The notes under the pieces are model-generated. The model did no database searches. It saw only the letters and a list, made by a program, of their open reading frames with translations, and was not told where the DNA came from. Shown here piece by piece: positions 34,968-49,081 of a stretch of 64,000 bases of DNA (its first letter is position 1; every line of letters starts with the position of its first letter). Origin of the DNA: Podarcis muralis (taxonomy: Eukaryota); NCBI RefSeq assembly GCF_964188315.1, contig NC_135655.1:113708001-113772000 (forward strand), written 5' to 3'. Position numbers and translations under genes: made by a program.

Positions 34968-35334
34968 AAAAAGATAAAGGTAAAGGACCCCTGGATGGTT
35001 AAGTCCAGTTAAAGGCGACTATGAGGTGCAGCACTCATCTCGCTTCAGGCTGAGGGAGCCCGCATTTGTCCGGGTTGTGTGGCCAGAATGACTAAACCGC
35101 TTCTGGCGCAATGGAACACCATGATGAAATCCAGAGCGCACGGAAATGCCGTTTACCTTCCTGCTGCAGTGGTACCTATTAATCTACTTACACTGGTATG
35201 CTTTCAAACTGCTAGGTTGGCAGAAGCTGTGACAGAGCAACGGGAGCTCACCCCATTGTGCTGATTCGAACTGCCAACCTTCCAATCAGCAAACCCAAGA
35301 GGTTCAGTGGTTTAGACCACAGCGCCACCCACTC
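34968..35334 (-). mobile_element. Older Sauria SINE
   Basis: Diverged full-length copy, TSD cc(g/a)aatggta (34958-34967, 35335-35344). Confidence 0.85.
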
Positions 35335-35356
35335 CCAAATGGTAGATTGCAGGATA

Positions 35357-35480
35357 AGTAAAGGTAAAGGTACCCCTGCCCGTATGGGCCAGTCTTGCCA
35401 GACTCTAGGGTTGTGCGCCCATCTCACTCTATAGGCCGGGGGCCAGCGCTGTCCGCAGACACTTCCGGGTCACGTGGCAG
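35357..35480 (-). mobile_element. Young Sauria SINE (second subfamily), 5'-truncated
   Basis: 12-bp TSD gattgcaggata (35345-35356, 35481-35492). Confidence 0.9.
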
Positions 35481-37054
35481 GATTGCAGGATACAGACCAA
35501 TTTATTATTTTCATTAAGTTCCTTACCACCTACCACGTTAGCTAGCCAGAACCTTTATAATAGGACCATTTATGGAAAGACAAACAAATTCTCCATGTAA
35601 TTGATCAGGCTTGAATAAGTCCTGCCCAAGTGTAATCATAGGTTGTGTACTAAGCTGGAGGTGTTAAAGATTTATTTTTTTGTCTCTGAGCCTTTCTGCT
35701 TCTGACAGATAAAATATTTATTTTGGAGCATAAACATTCTGTCTTGCCATCACCAAAAGTTAGTGTACGGCATCTTTGTTCCCACTGAAATGCACGTTGG
35801 GTCTACATACCCAAATGCATAATGTAAGGAGGACTTTAGATTAAGAGGGGATGAGGCAGTGACTAGTAATTGCACGTCAAACATCAATTCAAACAGCCCC
35901 TTATGAAACTTTACTTAACCAAAGACAATGGTAAAAGCAATCATAGTTGAACTACTAAATTGATTAAAGTGAGCAATACTGTATTGGTAAGCAATAAGCA
36001 AGGAAGTGGAGTTGCTTCTCTCCTAGAGTTCCCAAGAGAACTAGTAAAAGTAATTACTTAATACTATTAAGTTCTGAACTAGCCCTCTGAAAAGGGGGGG
36101 AATATTGATTTCCCATTTTCAGCATACCGAAGTAATTTGTAATGCATTTACAACCGTTCTTACAACTTCCTAAACAAGACAGTAAATAGTCTTGCCTCCA
36201 CAGCATTGCAATCAAGAAACCTTGGTTTGTTAGCTTCTTCTCAACTATTTGCCCTAGTTTTCACTGACGTAATAGATGAAACCTACAGGAAATCATTCCG
36301 TTCAAATAGTCTCATCAGATCATCAGCTGCATTTACTAACAATGTTGGAACAACAAGAATCTGGTTATTTTTGTTATCTAATTATTTTCGAAGCACTACC
36401 AAGCAATGGAAATCATGCTAGATTTCTCTTCAATGGTTGTACTGTTTTGTTTGCAGAAAGGATTACCGCAGAAGTATGGGCATAATTTAATTGGTTGTTA
36501 TTTAGTTGAATCTGCACATTACACAGTGGGTTCAAAGAGTTTTCAGACTCATACACGATGTCTAGTAAGAAGTGAAGTCCATGAAATCATGAATGGTGTG
36601 GGAAGAGAAATAAGGAACAATAGATTACTATTGTTAAACAATATTGTTAAATTTATACAGTATTGAAGCAAGAGAGGATTTATCTGCACCAGATTTAAAA
36701 CATGTTTGTTTGCTTTTTTAACATAACACAGTTCATCTGTAGAACTGTCCACCACCAAAAAAATATTCAGCACTACAGATGCATTCCAAAACGACTCCAC
36801 AAATTCATTAACTGTTATTTAATGGGTAACAAGTTGTTTATAATGTTTCTATACTGTCATAGGCTGGATACCAGTAGAGTCTAGGGTGCAATGTGAGATT
36901 GCTTCTAAATAGGATTCAGGAGAGAATAGTTGTGGAATTGTATATCAGGGCTATGTAATACTTTTGCTGCTTGCAGTTAAACTAGATGAGTGGCCCAGTT
37001 TCTCCCAGTGATTGTATTCCTAAACCCTAAACCACTTGATGCCTTCTTCTAGAG

Positions 37055-37183
37055 ACCCAAACTTGGGTCTGAAGCTGTTTTTGGACTACAACTCCCATCA
37101 TCCCTAGCTAGCAAGACCAGTGGTCAGGAATGATGGGAATTGTAGTCCTAAAACAGCTGGAGACCCAAGTTTGGGAAACAATG
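37055..37183. mobile_element. hAT-type palindromic MITE
   Basis: Fold-back cccaaacttgggtc / gacccaagtttggg, flanking 8-bp repeat ttctagag (37047-37054, 37184-37191). Confidence 0.8.
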
Positions 37184-38531
37184 TTCTAGAGACTTAGATC
37201 TAATACATCTGGCTCTAAACGGTAAGAACATTGTATTTTGCAGGTTGGTTCTGCTGTAAATCAGTTGGTATAATGAGATATGTATTGTAAAGCACATCAT
37301 TCAGTAAAAGAAGTGCTAGAAAAATTTATAGTAGGAATATTTGTAGGATAAAGGTTATCCAAAATAGTGCTGAACACCAGGAGTCGGGTGTTGGATGAGA
37401 CATTGCTGTGAACTGAACAAGTCATTTAACATTTTCTTCTTTTTGTGTTCCCTGCATATACAAACAGACATAATAAATCTCACTCTTGGATATCACTAGT
37501 GTTAAATTATTGTTGGCATCCGGCTGTCTCGGGAGACAGTGGAAGAGTGCGCCTTCAGAGGTAAAGTCAAAGTGTTGGAGATTTACAGCACCTGTTGTGG
37601 CAGTAGAGACTGATAGGGGAGAGACATGTTTTATTTCAGGTGGGTGTTTGGGTTGTAGGTGTAGAAGTTTGGTTTGGCTGCTACCGGGGCACCATGATAT
37701 TTCTTCTCTCTGCTTTCCTCCCAGTATTATTTATGCTGGTGATATAAAGTATTTTGAACAGCTTTTATGGGAGCTAGTATCATGGTCCAGAAGAAACTTT
37801 AATAGCCAGTGACATGCTCTTTAATTTTGAATGCATGAGTCACAACCACTTTTTACCTGTGAGATGTTGTTACGTTTAATGAATATGTTCCAGGAAAGGG
37901 GGGGAAACGGGTCTAGATGTCTTCCTCTTCTCTGAAATGAATACCACTGTCTTCCTCCCAGGAGCAGTTTAAAGATTAGCTGATGTGTCTGCACAGCATT
38001 TTGGAAGCAGACCATCTAAGTGCTCCAGTAAATTGAGTGCCTCGGCTTCTTCAATGCCTCTGTTTTTAAAAAGTTCAGAGGATGTGGGTGGTAGAGGCAT
38101 ATTTTATGGGATGGTTGATGATTGACCATCTGCCCTGAAGCAAGTTTAATAGGGGGAATTCAGACCTTTGGAAGAACAGGCTTCATCCTGGGTTCTTCCA
38201 GACTTGGACCATTTAGCAGCATCCAATCATTGCTGTTTTGCTTTAAACTGGAAGTGTAATAGCAACTCTGCAATGGCTACCTGAGTTATTTCCATCCCAG
38301 CTGGTCATTGTAAGAACTATAACTTTAAGAACTTGTATATGAAATTGCTTTCCTTCCCCTCCTCCTTCCTCCTCCCTTTTTCTTTTGTGACATAGTTTTT
38401 AGGTTGTAAGCCTGAGAGCACAGACTGCCCTTTCAAGTGTTGTTTAATTGGTATGGAAGATGATGCGGAAGATTATTTTGGCTAAAGAGTGTGGTGAAAA
38501 TGCTTTAAATATAAAATAAAGAAAATAAGTA

Positions 38532-38775
38532 CAGTTGTACCTTGGATCCCAAACGTGGATCCCACCTTGGTACTTGGACGTTTTGGCTCCCGAACGCCAC
38601 AAACCCAGAAGTGAGTTTGCCAGTATTCTTTGGAACCTCAGCATCTGACCTGACGGGGCTTCCGCGGCTTCTGATTGGCTGCAGGACCTTCCTGCAGCCA
38701 ATCAGAAGCCGCACTTTGGTTTCCAAACGTTTTGGAAGTTGAACGGACTTCTGTTCGACTTCCAAGATATGACTG
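38532..38775. mobile_element. Tc1/mariner-type MITE, family C (diverged)
   Basis: TA cagttgtaccttgga ... tccaagatatgactg TA; interior matches the 20846 copy (cctgcagccaatcagaagcc). Confidence 0.75.
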
Positions 38776-39730
38776 TAATTAAAAGGGGGGTGGGTAGAGA
38801 TCGGGCAACATGCTAAAATGTTGTACTTTAACAATGTATTGCAGGCGGGCAAGTGCTTAGACTGCATTTCCCCACTAATATTTGGACACAACTACATTGG
38901 TGGTGTACAGCCAAGACCTCTGCTTTGTTGATGAATTAACATAATTGTCCTGTTTTGCTGATTTTTTAATTTTAGCAAATTTCTATCACTGACCTTATAG
39001 AACATTTCAAAACTCTCTAATTGCTTGCAGCTGTGGCAGAGTGTCATGCAGCTAATGAATAAACAGGAAACAAAAGATGCAGCATGTCAGCTTTGCAATG
39101 GCATTTTTTTTCAGCCGGAATAAAATAACATTGTCCAGTTACTTCGCCAATTGCTGCTGTGCAAATGACAGCCAATTAAGTTCTGTGTGATTCGTTCTTT
39201 TTATGCAGCCACTTTACCCAGTTGAAATAAAAACAAAACGTATCGTTACACTTAGCAGTTTTTAACATCACTGGGATTGTGGGAGATGGTGTGTCTCACT
39301 GTTTATGACCACATACGCTAACCAAAGGCTTTAGCAATAATATTGTAGGGTTCGCAAATGTGAAAGCGAGCTAATGTATGTCCTGTGGAAAGACAGCTTC
39401 TGCAGAGCTTATTAAAATATCTAGGAGCTCCACTAAGTAGAACTGGAAGCCAGGCCATCTTTTCAGAGAGCTGTCTTAGTACATTATAAGATTCCGTATC
39501 AAACATTACAGTTCTGAAAATTGTATTCCCCATACTTTCATTATCCAAGCAAAGACTGAGTTTTTTATGTTGGGTGTGTGTGTTTGATATATAATTGGTC
39601 CAGAAATAGTCCATTAATGGTGGATTTATACAGGACCATCCATGCATTATTCCACTTTATTCATTTTTCTGTAATGCTTCCTCATTGTTACCACATTATT
39701 ACAGTCTGGAGGGGTACACTTGGATTACAG

Positions 39731-39995
39731 GGAGCGGGTGGCGCTGTGGTCTAAACCACTGAGCTTCTTGGGCTTGCAGATCAGAAGGTCAGCAGTTCGA
39801 GTCCGGGCAACGGGATGAGCTCCTGTTGCTCTGTCCCAACTCCTGCCAATCTAGTAGTTCAAAAGCATACCGGAATGAGTAGATAAATGGGTACCGCTGT
39901 GGCTGGAAAGTAAACAGCATTTCCATGCATTCTGGCACTCATCATGCCGTTGCGCCAAAAGTGGTTTAGTCATGCTGGCCACATAACCTGGAAGG
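39731..39995 (+). mobile_element. Older Sauria SINE, 3'-truncated
   Basis: Head gcgggtggcgctgtggtctaaaccactgag, box B agttcgagtcc, body to ggccacataacctggaag. Confidence 0.82.
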
Positions 39996-40929
39996 ATCCT
40001 TTTCCTTACACTTGTACTATTGCACATCAAAAGTGAGACAAAGTAAAACCCCAAATACCCTGGAACATTTGTAGTATCAAAAGTTACAGAATTTCAGCAG
40101 GAAGCTATGGGGCATCCTTGCCTTCAATTCAGAAAGTTCCCACAGACTCCAACAATATACAATCAGAAAACGAGAGTTGTAAAATTTGAATTGCATATGA
40201 AATTATTAATGGAAATGAATTGTACATTCTATTCAATAGAAATTACTGAATTCTGAGTCCTTTCTCACCTGCAGCCCAATTTATTTATTTATATTATTAT
40301 TAAGGCTGCATGTAGGAGGAAGTGACATAGGATTTTTCTTTAATTGAGGTCACTAGCTACTTTGAAAACCATTTACAGTGACATTGCGTTGCTGGTTTAA
40401 AAAAACGAACTCTAATTTAAGTAGAGCAGTTGCATCAAAGCAGAAAATAAGGTTGGTATGCTCATTCTAGCTTCATTTTACGTTCTGCAAATACTGAACT
40501 AATGCTCTAACCTTAAACATCACACATGGAAACAATACATGGTTTGCCAACTTGAAGACAATGCTCTTTTCTGTAAGGATCCCTCCATAATCCACATTTA
40601 AACCCTAGGACATCATGCTGGCTTGTTATTTATGAAATCTAGTTTCCGTAGCTTCTTGTTCCTTTTGACTCTTTTTTTGTTTATTTTAAGTACATAGCAA
40701 GCTTAAGGTCAGATGTCGAACGTTGAGGTTAAGTTTCATCAGACCTCAGCCAAGCTCATTGTTAGGCTGTGGAGTCCAAGGCCAGCTGAGGGTCTGGTTC
40801 TAGTCCATGCATGCCAGGATCTAAAGTGCCAGAACTGGATGATGCCATTTCATGGGCTAGTAGTCAGGTTCCAAACCATGTGGGCAAAAAGGAGAGCAAG
40901 CCAACGAGTTACTCAGGTCAAGGGTGTTA

Positions 40930-41650
40930 CTTCGTTATCAGGGCTGTATACAACCTGATTTGTTTGGATTGGCCTTTAGAGTCTGCTGACAGTATTTAGG
41001 CTGATTCTGAAATTTAAAAAACCTGTGGCTCCTCATCTACTTTGCTTATTTAGGAGCCAGAATCCTGGTAGCACAAGAGGTAAGGCATTGGGAGGTTGAC
41101 TGGTATAGAGGCATGGGCACATGCACAGAGACAATAGAGTATCAACATTAATCAGTGAAATTGGACGGTAATTAGCACACTGAGTATGATCTTTGCTTGT
41201 TTTTGGAATAACAGCAATGCAAGCTTGGTTAAATGCCTCTCATAAAGTTCCCTTATCAAATATCCTGTCGTACAATTGGTGAAGTTTTGGCACCAAGAGA
41301 TCTATGAATGTTTTATGCTACTCTACTGGAAATCCATCTGATCCAGGTGTCCTACTATTTGCCATTTTTAAAAGAATGATTTCCTTAATCTCTGCTTTGG
41401 AAAGTGGAATTAATAACAATTGGTTTTGTGTATCTTCTGCATGGGTTTCACAGAGCAACATGGGCCGCAGTAGTTTCTGCATGTTCCTGTTTCTTAAATG
41501 ATAGATTTGTTTGTCTGTTCATTCTCTTACATAGAGTTTGTCCTATCAGCAGAAAGGGAATGTTGATAGGTGATGATCCGTATGATATAGAGAAAGTGCT
41601 TGCGAACAAACTCTCCATAGCATGGCTGAGAGTGGTAGGATCAGTAATGT
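40930..41650 (-). mobile_element. Decayed L1-clade ORF2 (start of RT domain)
   Basis: Manual minus-strand translation: ..PLSKAEIKE..KMANSRTPGSDGFPVE*HKTFIDLLVPKLHQLYDRIFDKGTL*EAFNQACIAVIPKTSKDHTQCANYRPISLINVD.., i.e. the L1 'PGPDG...IPK...NYRPISLLN.D' signature, with stops. Confidence 0.8.
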
Positions 41651-41978
41651 TTTACTTATTTATTTGAAACATTTATACTTTTAAAAAAGAGGAAATATCA
41701 GAGAAAGCTAGTTAAAAGAAAAATGAATTACCAGTACAATCACAGCAATAACAATTAAGGTATAACAGGGACAGATTAAAACAGTGAGCTAGTACTGTAT
41801 AATGCAACATATTGCGTTGCATTCCTATACACACTTACCTGCAGTTCACCACCTGGGAGATTGGCATCATGGACTGTCTTGTCACATGCTGCAGAAAATT
41901 CTGCCACTCCCACACTTTACATGGGAGCTGATATATAATAATTCCATGTCGTAAACAACTTCGCAGAAGAGAAAAGTA

Positions 41979-42318
41979 CAGTGGTGCCCCGCAAGACGAA
42001 TGCCTCGCAAGACGGAAAACCCTCTAGACGAAAGGGTTTTCCGTTTCGGAGGCGCTTCGCAAGACAAATTTCCCTATGGGCTTGCTTCGGAAGACGAAAA
42101 TGTCTTGCGAGTCTCGCCATTCCCCCCCCCCCGCTTCCCCCCTTTTTCTAAGCCGTTAATAGCCTTTTAGCAGCTTAGCCGCTAATCCTTTAATAGCCGC
42201 TAAACCGCTAATAGCGCTAATCCGCTTAGCCGCTAATGGGGTTGCTTCGCAAGACGAAAAAACCGCTAGACGAAGAGAATCGCGGAACGGATTCTTTTCG
42301 TCTTGCGAGGCACCACTG
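41979..42318. mobile_element. Tc1/mariner-type MITE, family A
   Basis: TIRs cagtggtgccccgcaagacgaa / ttcgtcttgcgaggcaccactg, TA TSDs, internal agccgctaa-type tandem array. Confidence 0.9.
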
Positions 42319-45300
42319 TATTGACAGCTTATTTTAAATGGCCTGTATTCTGGATCTGTTACATTGAACTTGATAACCATTCCAGACTTTGGGGCCACCA
42401 CCAATGGGCACCAGTTTGATAGATGATGGGACTGGCATGAGGTTTTTGTCCCGATTTCTCAAATAAATGTGAGGAAGGAAGTGTTTCCTCACAGAAGATG
42501 AAAGGACAGAGCTGGCGCCCAGGGCTGTTGTGGGACATGACTGCTATGTAACGACAGAAACAAACATTTTAGTGCTCAGTTTTACTAGTGTAGAGTTAAG
42601 GTGGAAGTGGTTCATGGGGACATATTAGCAATGGCACATATTCCTGCTCCAGAATCTGCCACTATATGGAGAATTATGACCCACTGTCACAATAATACAC
42701 TTATGGGGTATTTATTATGCTGACAGCATTCTGAGGAATTCCTTGCGGCAAGACACATGTATTTGTTTTCTCAAGACATCACCATCTCAGGTAGCATAAG
42801 TACAGAGAGGAAATTGGTTTGTATTGAGACATCCTCTTTCTAGAAAAAACTTGTAGCTGTGAAGGCTGTAATCAAGAAAACACATAATTCATCACACAAG
42901 GATTAGTATAGCTTACTATATAAATATGTCCATAGAGGTGACACTGGAGAGAAGTGGATAAATTACCCTTGAACAATAAATACTGTTGGGTATTTTCAAG
43001 TAGAGTTGGTTTTTAAAAGCAGACATCACACAGAGTATCAAAATGTCTGGTCAGACGTGCACCTCCATGATAGTTCATCACAGTAATTTTGTCCTGAATG
43101 CTTAACAGCTGCATCTACTTAGAGGACATGATAAACAATGACAACAGAGTAACGATCATCACAGTGGAATCTCTTAAGCAACAAGTTAAAAGGATTTTCA
43201 TTTTACAATTGAATAAGAGTGGATTTCTAAATTGTGTTTGCATAGATTAAGTCAAGTGCTTGTGCTTGTTATGCACTGTAATGTAAATAAATTGCCTTGG
43301 TGCATAATAATGAAAAGCACATTATTGATGCATATTTGCCTAAATCTGTCAAATTTTAAATTAATCATTTCTTATAAGCAGCAACAGGGACCCATCATGT
43401 TCTTGTGAAGGGTTCAGAGAAGCTGCTCCATTTATCTGTGAACCCAGCCTATCACTGGAAATCTCACAAAAATACGGTTTTGGAATTCAAATTATAAGTG
43501 ATACTTCCATAAATTTCACACTGTCTCATGTAATTTGCTCAGCATGATGGCATTATTATATTCTTTGGGCTCAGCAACCTTTTTGGACCAGTGGGAACAT
43601 CTGGAATTTTGAGAAGGGCATATGGGTGCCAGTCACAGAATGTCTGCCTTGAATGTCTGCACAACCCAAAATAGCTGCCACATTTGGGAAAAAAAAACAA
43701 CCCAGAAAAATAGACAGGGCCACAAATATATACAGGACCGTGCCCCCCTTCCATCAGCACCCTGTCAATGGGTGGGTGGATGGGGGTAGTTTCATTTACA
43801 TCAGAAACCATTACACTTTCTCACAGAGAGAAGCTTTCCTCTTTTCAGTATGGATGGAAGGATGAGGTTCATTCCTGGCATCCAAGAAAATGGTTCTGAA
43901 TTGGAAACAGTGACGCTATTCTCACAATTTTGAAGGCTGTTCTGCTATAAAATTCACCTAGAAATGAAATTAAGCCTTCAATTGCTTCTTTCTCTATGAA
44001 CATTCATTTTCATTCTTCCCCATGCGGAGCATGCTATATGCACCTTCAGTGTAACATTTTTCCTGATTTTACTTTGTAGGTTGGCATTTTAATTCACTCT
44101 TAATTTGTAGTTGGTGTGAACGCCTCAAATACGAACTTTGTTCTTGTTGTTTTTTTGCTGTCTTTTGCCTGCCTAAAAGAACCATGTAAATGTTCTTAGA
44201 TCTCCATTAGTGTACCTTAATGCCTATTCAGTTCTCTGGAATGTTTGCATTTCTTTAATTCTGATGTGCCTTAAATGTTATGGGGTGGTTTTCCATACAA
44301 TACTCAGAGGAGTTTACTGGATATTAAAACCATGAAAAACTGGAAGCTCAGTAAATGTTAGAAACGGTATTCTAATTACTGCATATAGCAGTACACGTCC
44401 TTTTGGACCGATTAAAATGTGATTAAGCAATAGGAGGACTGCAGGATTTTGGGTCTTAGTTGTACAAACAGATATTTTAACGTTCGCTTCTGGTATTTCC
44501 CTTATGTTTCCTAGTTTATATAGACAACGGAAATTTGTGCTCTGTTGAGTTTTTATTGTTGTCTGTTTCTGCTGATAATGAAAGTTAGTGAATATCAGCT
44601 GCCGTGCCTAGTTGGCTGGAACAATCGGATTACACACTCTTGTAGCTCAGCACATCTCTGCTTTGCTGGAGCTACAGCAAGCGAGTTAACATTATAGCTA
44701 TAGGAGAGGGCTCTGTCCATCCTCACCGCTGATTTAATCAGCGCATAATGCTGGTGGTACCTGATCATTTTTGCTTCCAGTTACTGTCACTGCAGAGCAG
44801 CATGAATTGTAAAACTAAGTAAGTGAACCCAGAGGAACCACTTTTCTATGCGGATTCCTCTCCTCCCTGGTTCCTTTTTTTTCTACGGCAAAAGCTGAAA
44901 GGATCTTAAAAAGCTCAGTTGCACCTTCCAGGCTCATGTCTGCATTGCAGGAGGCATGGAGCTGCATTAACTGCTCAGTGAGCTTTTGGGATGTTTTGCT
45001 TGGGGGCGGGGGTGAGAGACGAGAGAGGCTGTTTCCCCATTAATATAATTCACTCTACAAGCTTGCAGGCGGACTGCCGCCAGCATCAGTCTCTGCTAAA
45101 GCTAGACCAAATGAAATGCACACACGCCACATTGGAAATAGCAGGAACCCAAATAGGGAGGTTATCCTGAGGTTGATGGGAGGGAGGAGAGGAATAGTCA
45201 CCTGACATTTATGGGACAATAATTATAACGCTCATTTATTAATTTCCAGATGTATAGACATGTTTCTTGAAGCAAAAACAGGAAGGCTTGTGGTACCTTT

Positions 45301-45511
45301 AAGCTGGGATTCCCAGTTATGGTGCCATGGGGCTTGTGCCCCTTCCAATTTTTATTTTTGAATCAGTTTTTTGGCATTTTTGTTGATTGGGAGAGCTGTC
45401 TGTTTTCTGTTCTCATTTCTGAGGGTAGTGCCCACTTTTGTTTTCTTTTGTGTTATTTGTTTGGGGACAGGATTTTTGCCTGTTTTGGGAGAGATTCTGA
45501 GCACCACCACT

Positions 45512-45536
45512 TTATTATTATTATTATTATTATTAT

Positions 45537-45578
<42 letters not shown>
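45512..45578. repeat. Compound (TTA)n(GTA)n microsatellite
   Basis: About 9 TTA units followed by about 13 GTA units. Confidence 0.95.
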
Positions 45579-47639
45579 CATTGAAGGGACAGGATACCAA
45601 AATCCTGTCTGTAATCACCCCAGGCCTCAAAACTGTCCAAAATTCCTTTTGTCTTCTAAAAATCCAAAACAGCTTTTCTCTGCTTGTCTCTGCTTTTCTC
45701 ACAAGATGCTGTGGCAAAAGGCAAAATGTTACTTTTAAAAGCTAATGAATAGGCTCTGTTCAAAGCAGGCCTGAGAAACGAATCTTATCTCATTCTTGTT
45801 GCAACATCTTTGGACATGCTGAACCGCTTCTCATTCCCCTTTCCTGGGAAGGGTGCCAAGAGTCCACAATAGTCCCAAGACAGCTTTCTGTTCATGCTCA
45901 GAGGAACTCATGGGGCAGGACTCTGGAAGAAGGAGGAGAAAGGGGGAGGGAACTGGAAGGGGTGTATATGTTTGTGCACATGACTGTGAACTCGTGCATG
46001 CTTTTTGTGAGTTATCACACTTGCTCCTTCTACCAGTTCATGGATGGTAGAAATAAAAGCTTTTTCTCCGAAACTATTCCTTGAGTGTCTGTTGACTCCC
46101 ACTTCCCTTTCCCGGGCGCAATATTTTTCCCGCCCGAGGGCAAAGCCTCATAAGGTTACAGTATTAGTATTAGTATTATTAGTATATATTTATATATACG
46201 GCGCTTTTTCCCCTGGTGGGAATCAAGGTAGCTTACAGATAAAAATAAGAATCACAAATGATGTTCAGAGCTGCCCATGATATTTCTTCGATTTTCAAAC
46301 ACATCCTTGTGCCCATAAAGGTTGGCTATCCCATGCCTTGAAGACTAGCAAGTTTCAGTGTGCCATAAGCTTTTGTGAACTTGAGACCACTCCATGGATG
46401 ATGTTTTATATTTCGTTTTATGCTATATTTTGTTAGATTGCTTTATCTGATATTTTGTGTTGATTTGTTTTATGTTTTCTCTTGGCATTCTTTGAGAGGT
46501 AAAGAGCACATCAACATAATGGCTGAATATCTTCTGTTAGTCATGCTCAGATTAGGCCCATTGGAATAAATGGATTTTTTAAAAAATCCGCTCGGAGGAA
46601 TGTACTTGGGGATAAACTGCTTCTGTTTAAATGCGTGCAGCACTATTTGTGCATATATTAGGGGCTTCCATGTGAATTAGCATTTGGTGAATCAGTTTGT
46701 TTTCCTTCTATGAAATTAGTAATTGGGACCAGTGTCTTATAGTGACTAGACCAGAGTGGTTGGCGTGGGTGTGCAAAATCCAGATGTGTTTGCGCAAATT
46801 CCTATTCCTCAGAGCTACTTACTTCACAGGATTACTGTGAAATTATTCCCTAAGCGACCCCCACGCTTCACATACATGCAATTCTAAGCTCCTTGGAGGA
46901 AGGGGGGGAGGAATATAAACGTCAAACAAATGAATAATAAAATAAGAGTAATAAGCACCTAATACTTCATGACTGCAAAAGTTTCATGTTTTGATTGATT
47001 AAACTCTCGTTTTTATTGTTTTTCTTGGGGGGGCGGGTGTAACAACTTCTGTTCTGCAACTTTCAAAAAGAAGACACTGAATTCTGTACAGCTTTCTCAC
47101 AAGTAGTGAAATATTTCTACTGACCCAGACATTGAGTCAGTTTTGACACAGTTTTTGAAATGTTTTGCTCCCCAACAATTCTAACTGCAAATCTTGCTAC
47201 CTTGTGGAAGAGTCATCAACCCTTTATAAACAGAAATCCTATGTCTATAGTGCCATCAAGTGGATGTCAGTCATTATAGCATCAGCATTTTTTATACTTC
47301 ACTGCTGCAGAATTCCACTTGTTCTCACTTCACCTGATTATCCCCTATCCCAATAACAAGTTACGGAATAGAACAGAACAGTGTTTGTTGCATTACTCCA
47401 TAGACCATAGCAGAAAATACAAGTTATAGTCTAGTATCTAGCCCTACATACATTAACCTGAAAGGCCAACTGATTCCATTTAACAGTATCTCCATTGAAC
47501 TTTCAATGAACTGTGCCCATTGTACCACTGAGGATATTATTCCATTCAATAACCCCGTATCTATAACTGAAACTCATTTAATCATACTGAAGGGCTTCAG
47601 TTTGCTTGGGTTGTTCACTGGGCAACAACGATGAAGCAT

Positions 47640-47945
47640 TGTGCATCAGCCCAGATGTGGAGAATTATCCGTCCTGTAAAATATCCATCCTTCAAACGTG
47701 ACCTGAAGGCTGGCATCATTAACCCAGCCATATGGGAATCCCTTGCAGATGATCGCAAATGCTTGGAGGTAGACAGTCAGGTTGTGCATCCACAGCAGTG
47801 GCCAGAGAAAGAATGACCGCTGGGAGGAATGCAGAGAGAAGAAACGCCATGGTGTACCTGTAACAGCAAAACCAGACCCATAATCTGCAAAACCTGAAAT
47901 AAAACACGTTTCTCCCATATCGGACTCTACAGCCACACGCTTCCT
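47640..47945 (+). mobile_element. RTE-clade LINE 3' fragment (non-BovB)
   Basis: Translates as ..FKRDLKAGIINPAIWESLADDR.. then a Cys/His-type tail (..SHIGLYSH), typical of RTE ORF C-termini. Frameshifted. Confidence 0.6.
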
Positions 47946-48738
47946 CTATTTGAATGCAGCCTACTTTACAAAGTTATGGATTACCTCTGTTGCTTGGTCT
48001 ACTTTTTTTTCCTTTAACTCAGCCCACCACTGGTATGGAAGGTTGCCCATGAGCAAATGTGGTTCTTGACCTGAAAAAGATTTGCCAATCCTGCTCTAGG
48101 GAGAGAAACATTTTCTGTCCCTTCAGTTAGTAGAAGACACTGAAGTCATTATTTACTTTCTTCGGGCTACAAATTCTATGGACATCTAGAAGGACTTTAT
48201 AATAAAACCGTAAAGCTGCCCTCGCTGCTTGTGATAATACATGAATTTGTCGCCCGAGTGACCTTAACATGTTAAATTTAATAAAGTGTATTTGCTCAAG
48301 TTAGGTATGAGCTGTTTTTCTTTTGCTTCCTTTTATATAACTTTTAGGTCATGGCAAAATAAGCTGGAGGCGCTAGGCTTAATGAAACTAATTTTATTTG
48401 GGAAACTCAAATCTGTGGCTTGATAGGATAAACCATTTTGGTACACAGTTGTTTTCTTCTTGGTCGCAGAAATAACTTTTTGCTCCTGACACTGCTTTGG
48501 TTTGGCTCCTGATTGCCATAGCTAATGAGTTTGTCCAGAACGTAGAGACAGTACAAAATAAGGAAATTTGAAAGTTGTGGGACCTTATTTTCTAGTAAAT
48601 GAATAGTTGAATGCCCTGCAAAATACAAACTTCCTTTAGAGTGCATTCAGACATGGGGAATACTGTGGGACATGGGGATTTCCTGGTTACAATGATGATT
48701 CTTCTGTCTCGTTTTCTAATGTTCCTTTCACACCGCAG

Positions 48739-49081
48739 TAAGGTAAAGGTAAAGGGACCCCTGACCATTAGGTCCAGTCATGACTGACTCTGGGGTTGCG
48801 GCGCTCATCTCGCTTTATTGGCCAAGGGAGCTGGCGTACAGCTTCCGGGTCATGTGGCCAGCATGACTAAGCCACTTCTGGCGAACCAGAGCAGCGCATG
48901 GAAACGCCGTTTACCTTCCCGCCAGAGCGGTACCTATTTATCTACTTGCACTTTGACGTGCTTTCGAACTGCTAGGTGGGCAGGAGCAGGGACCGAGCAA
49001 CGGGAGTTCACCCCGTTGCGGGGATTCGAACCGCAACCTTCTGATCAGGCTCTGTGGTTTAACCCACAGCGCCACCCGCGT
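48739..49081 (-). mobile_element. Sauria SINE, near full length
   Basis: taaggtaaaggtaaagggacccc tail through the head rc cccacagcgccacccgcg. Confidence 0.92.

Noticed and set aside
45319-45745. Three 120-140 aa ORFs with poly-I/S, poly-T/N and poly-L/V tracts
   Set aside because: Artefacts of the stop-free frames of the (TTA)n(GTA)n microsatellite.
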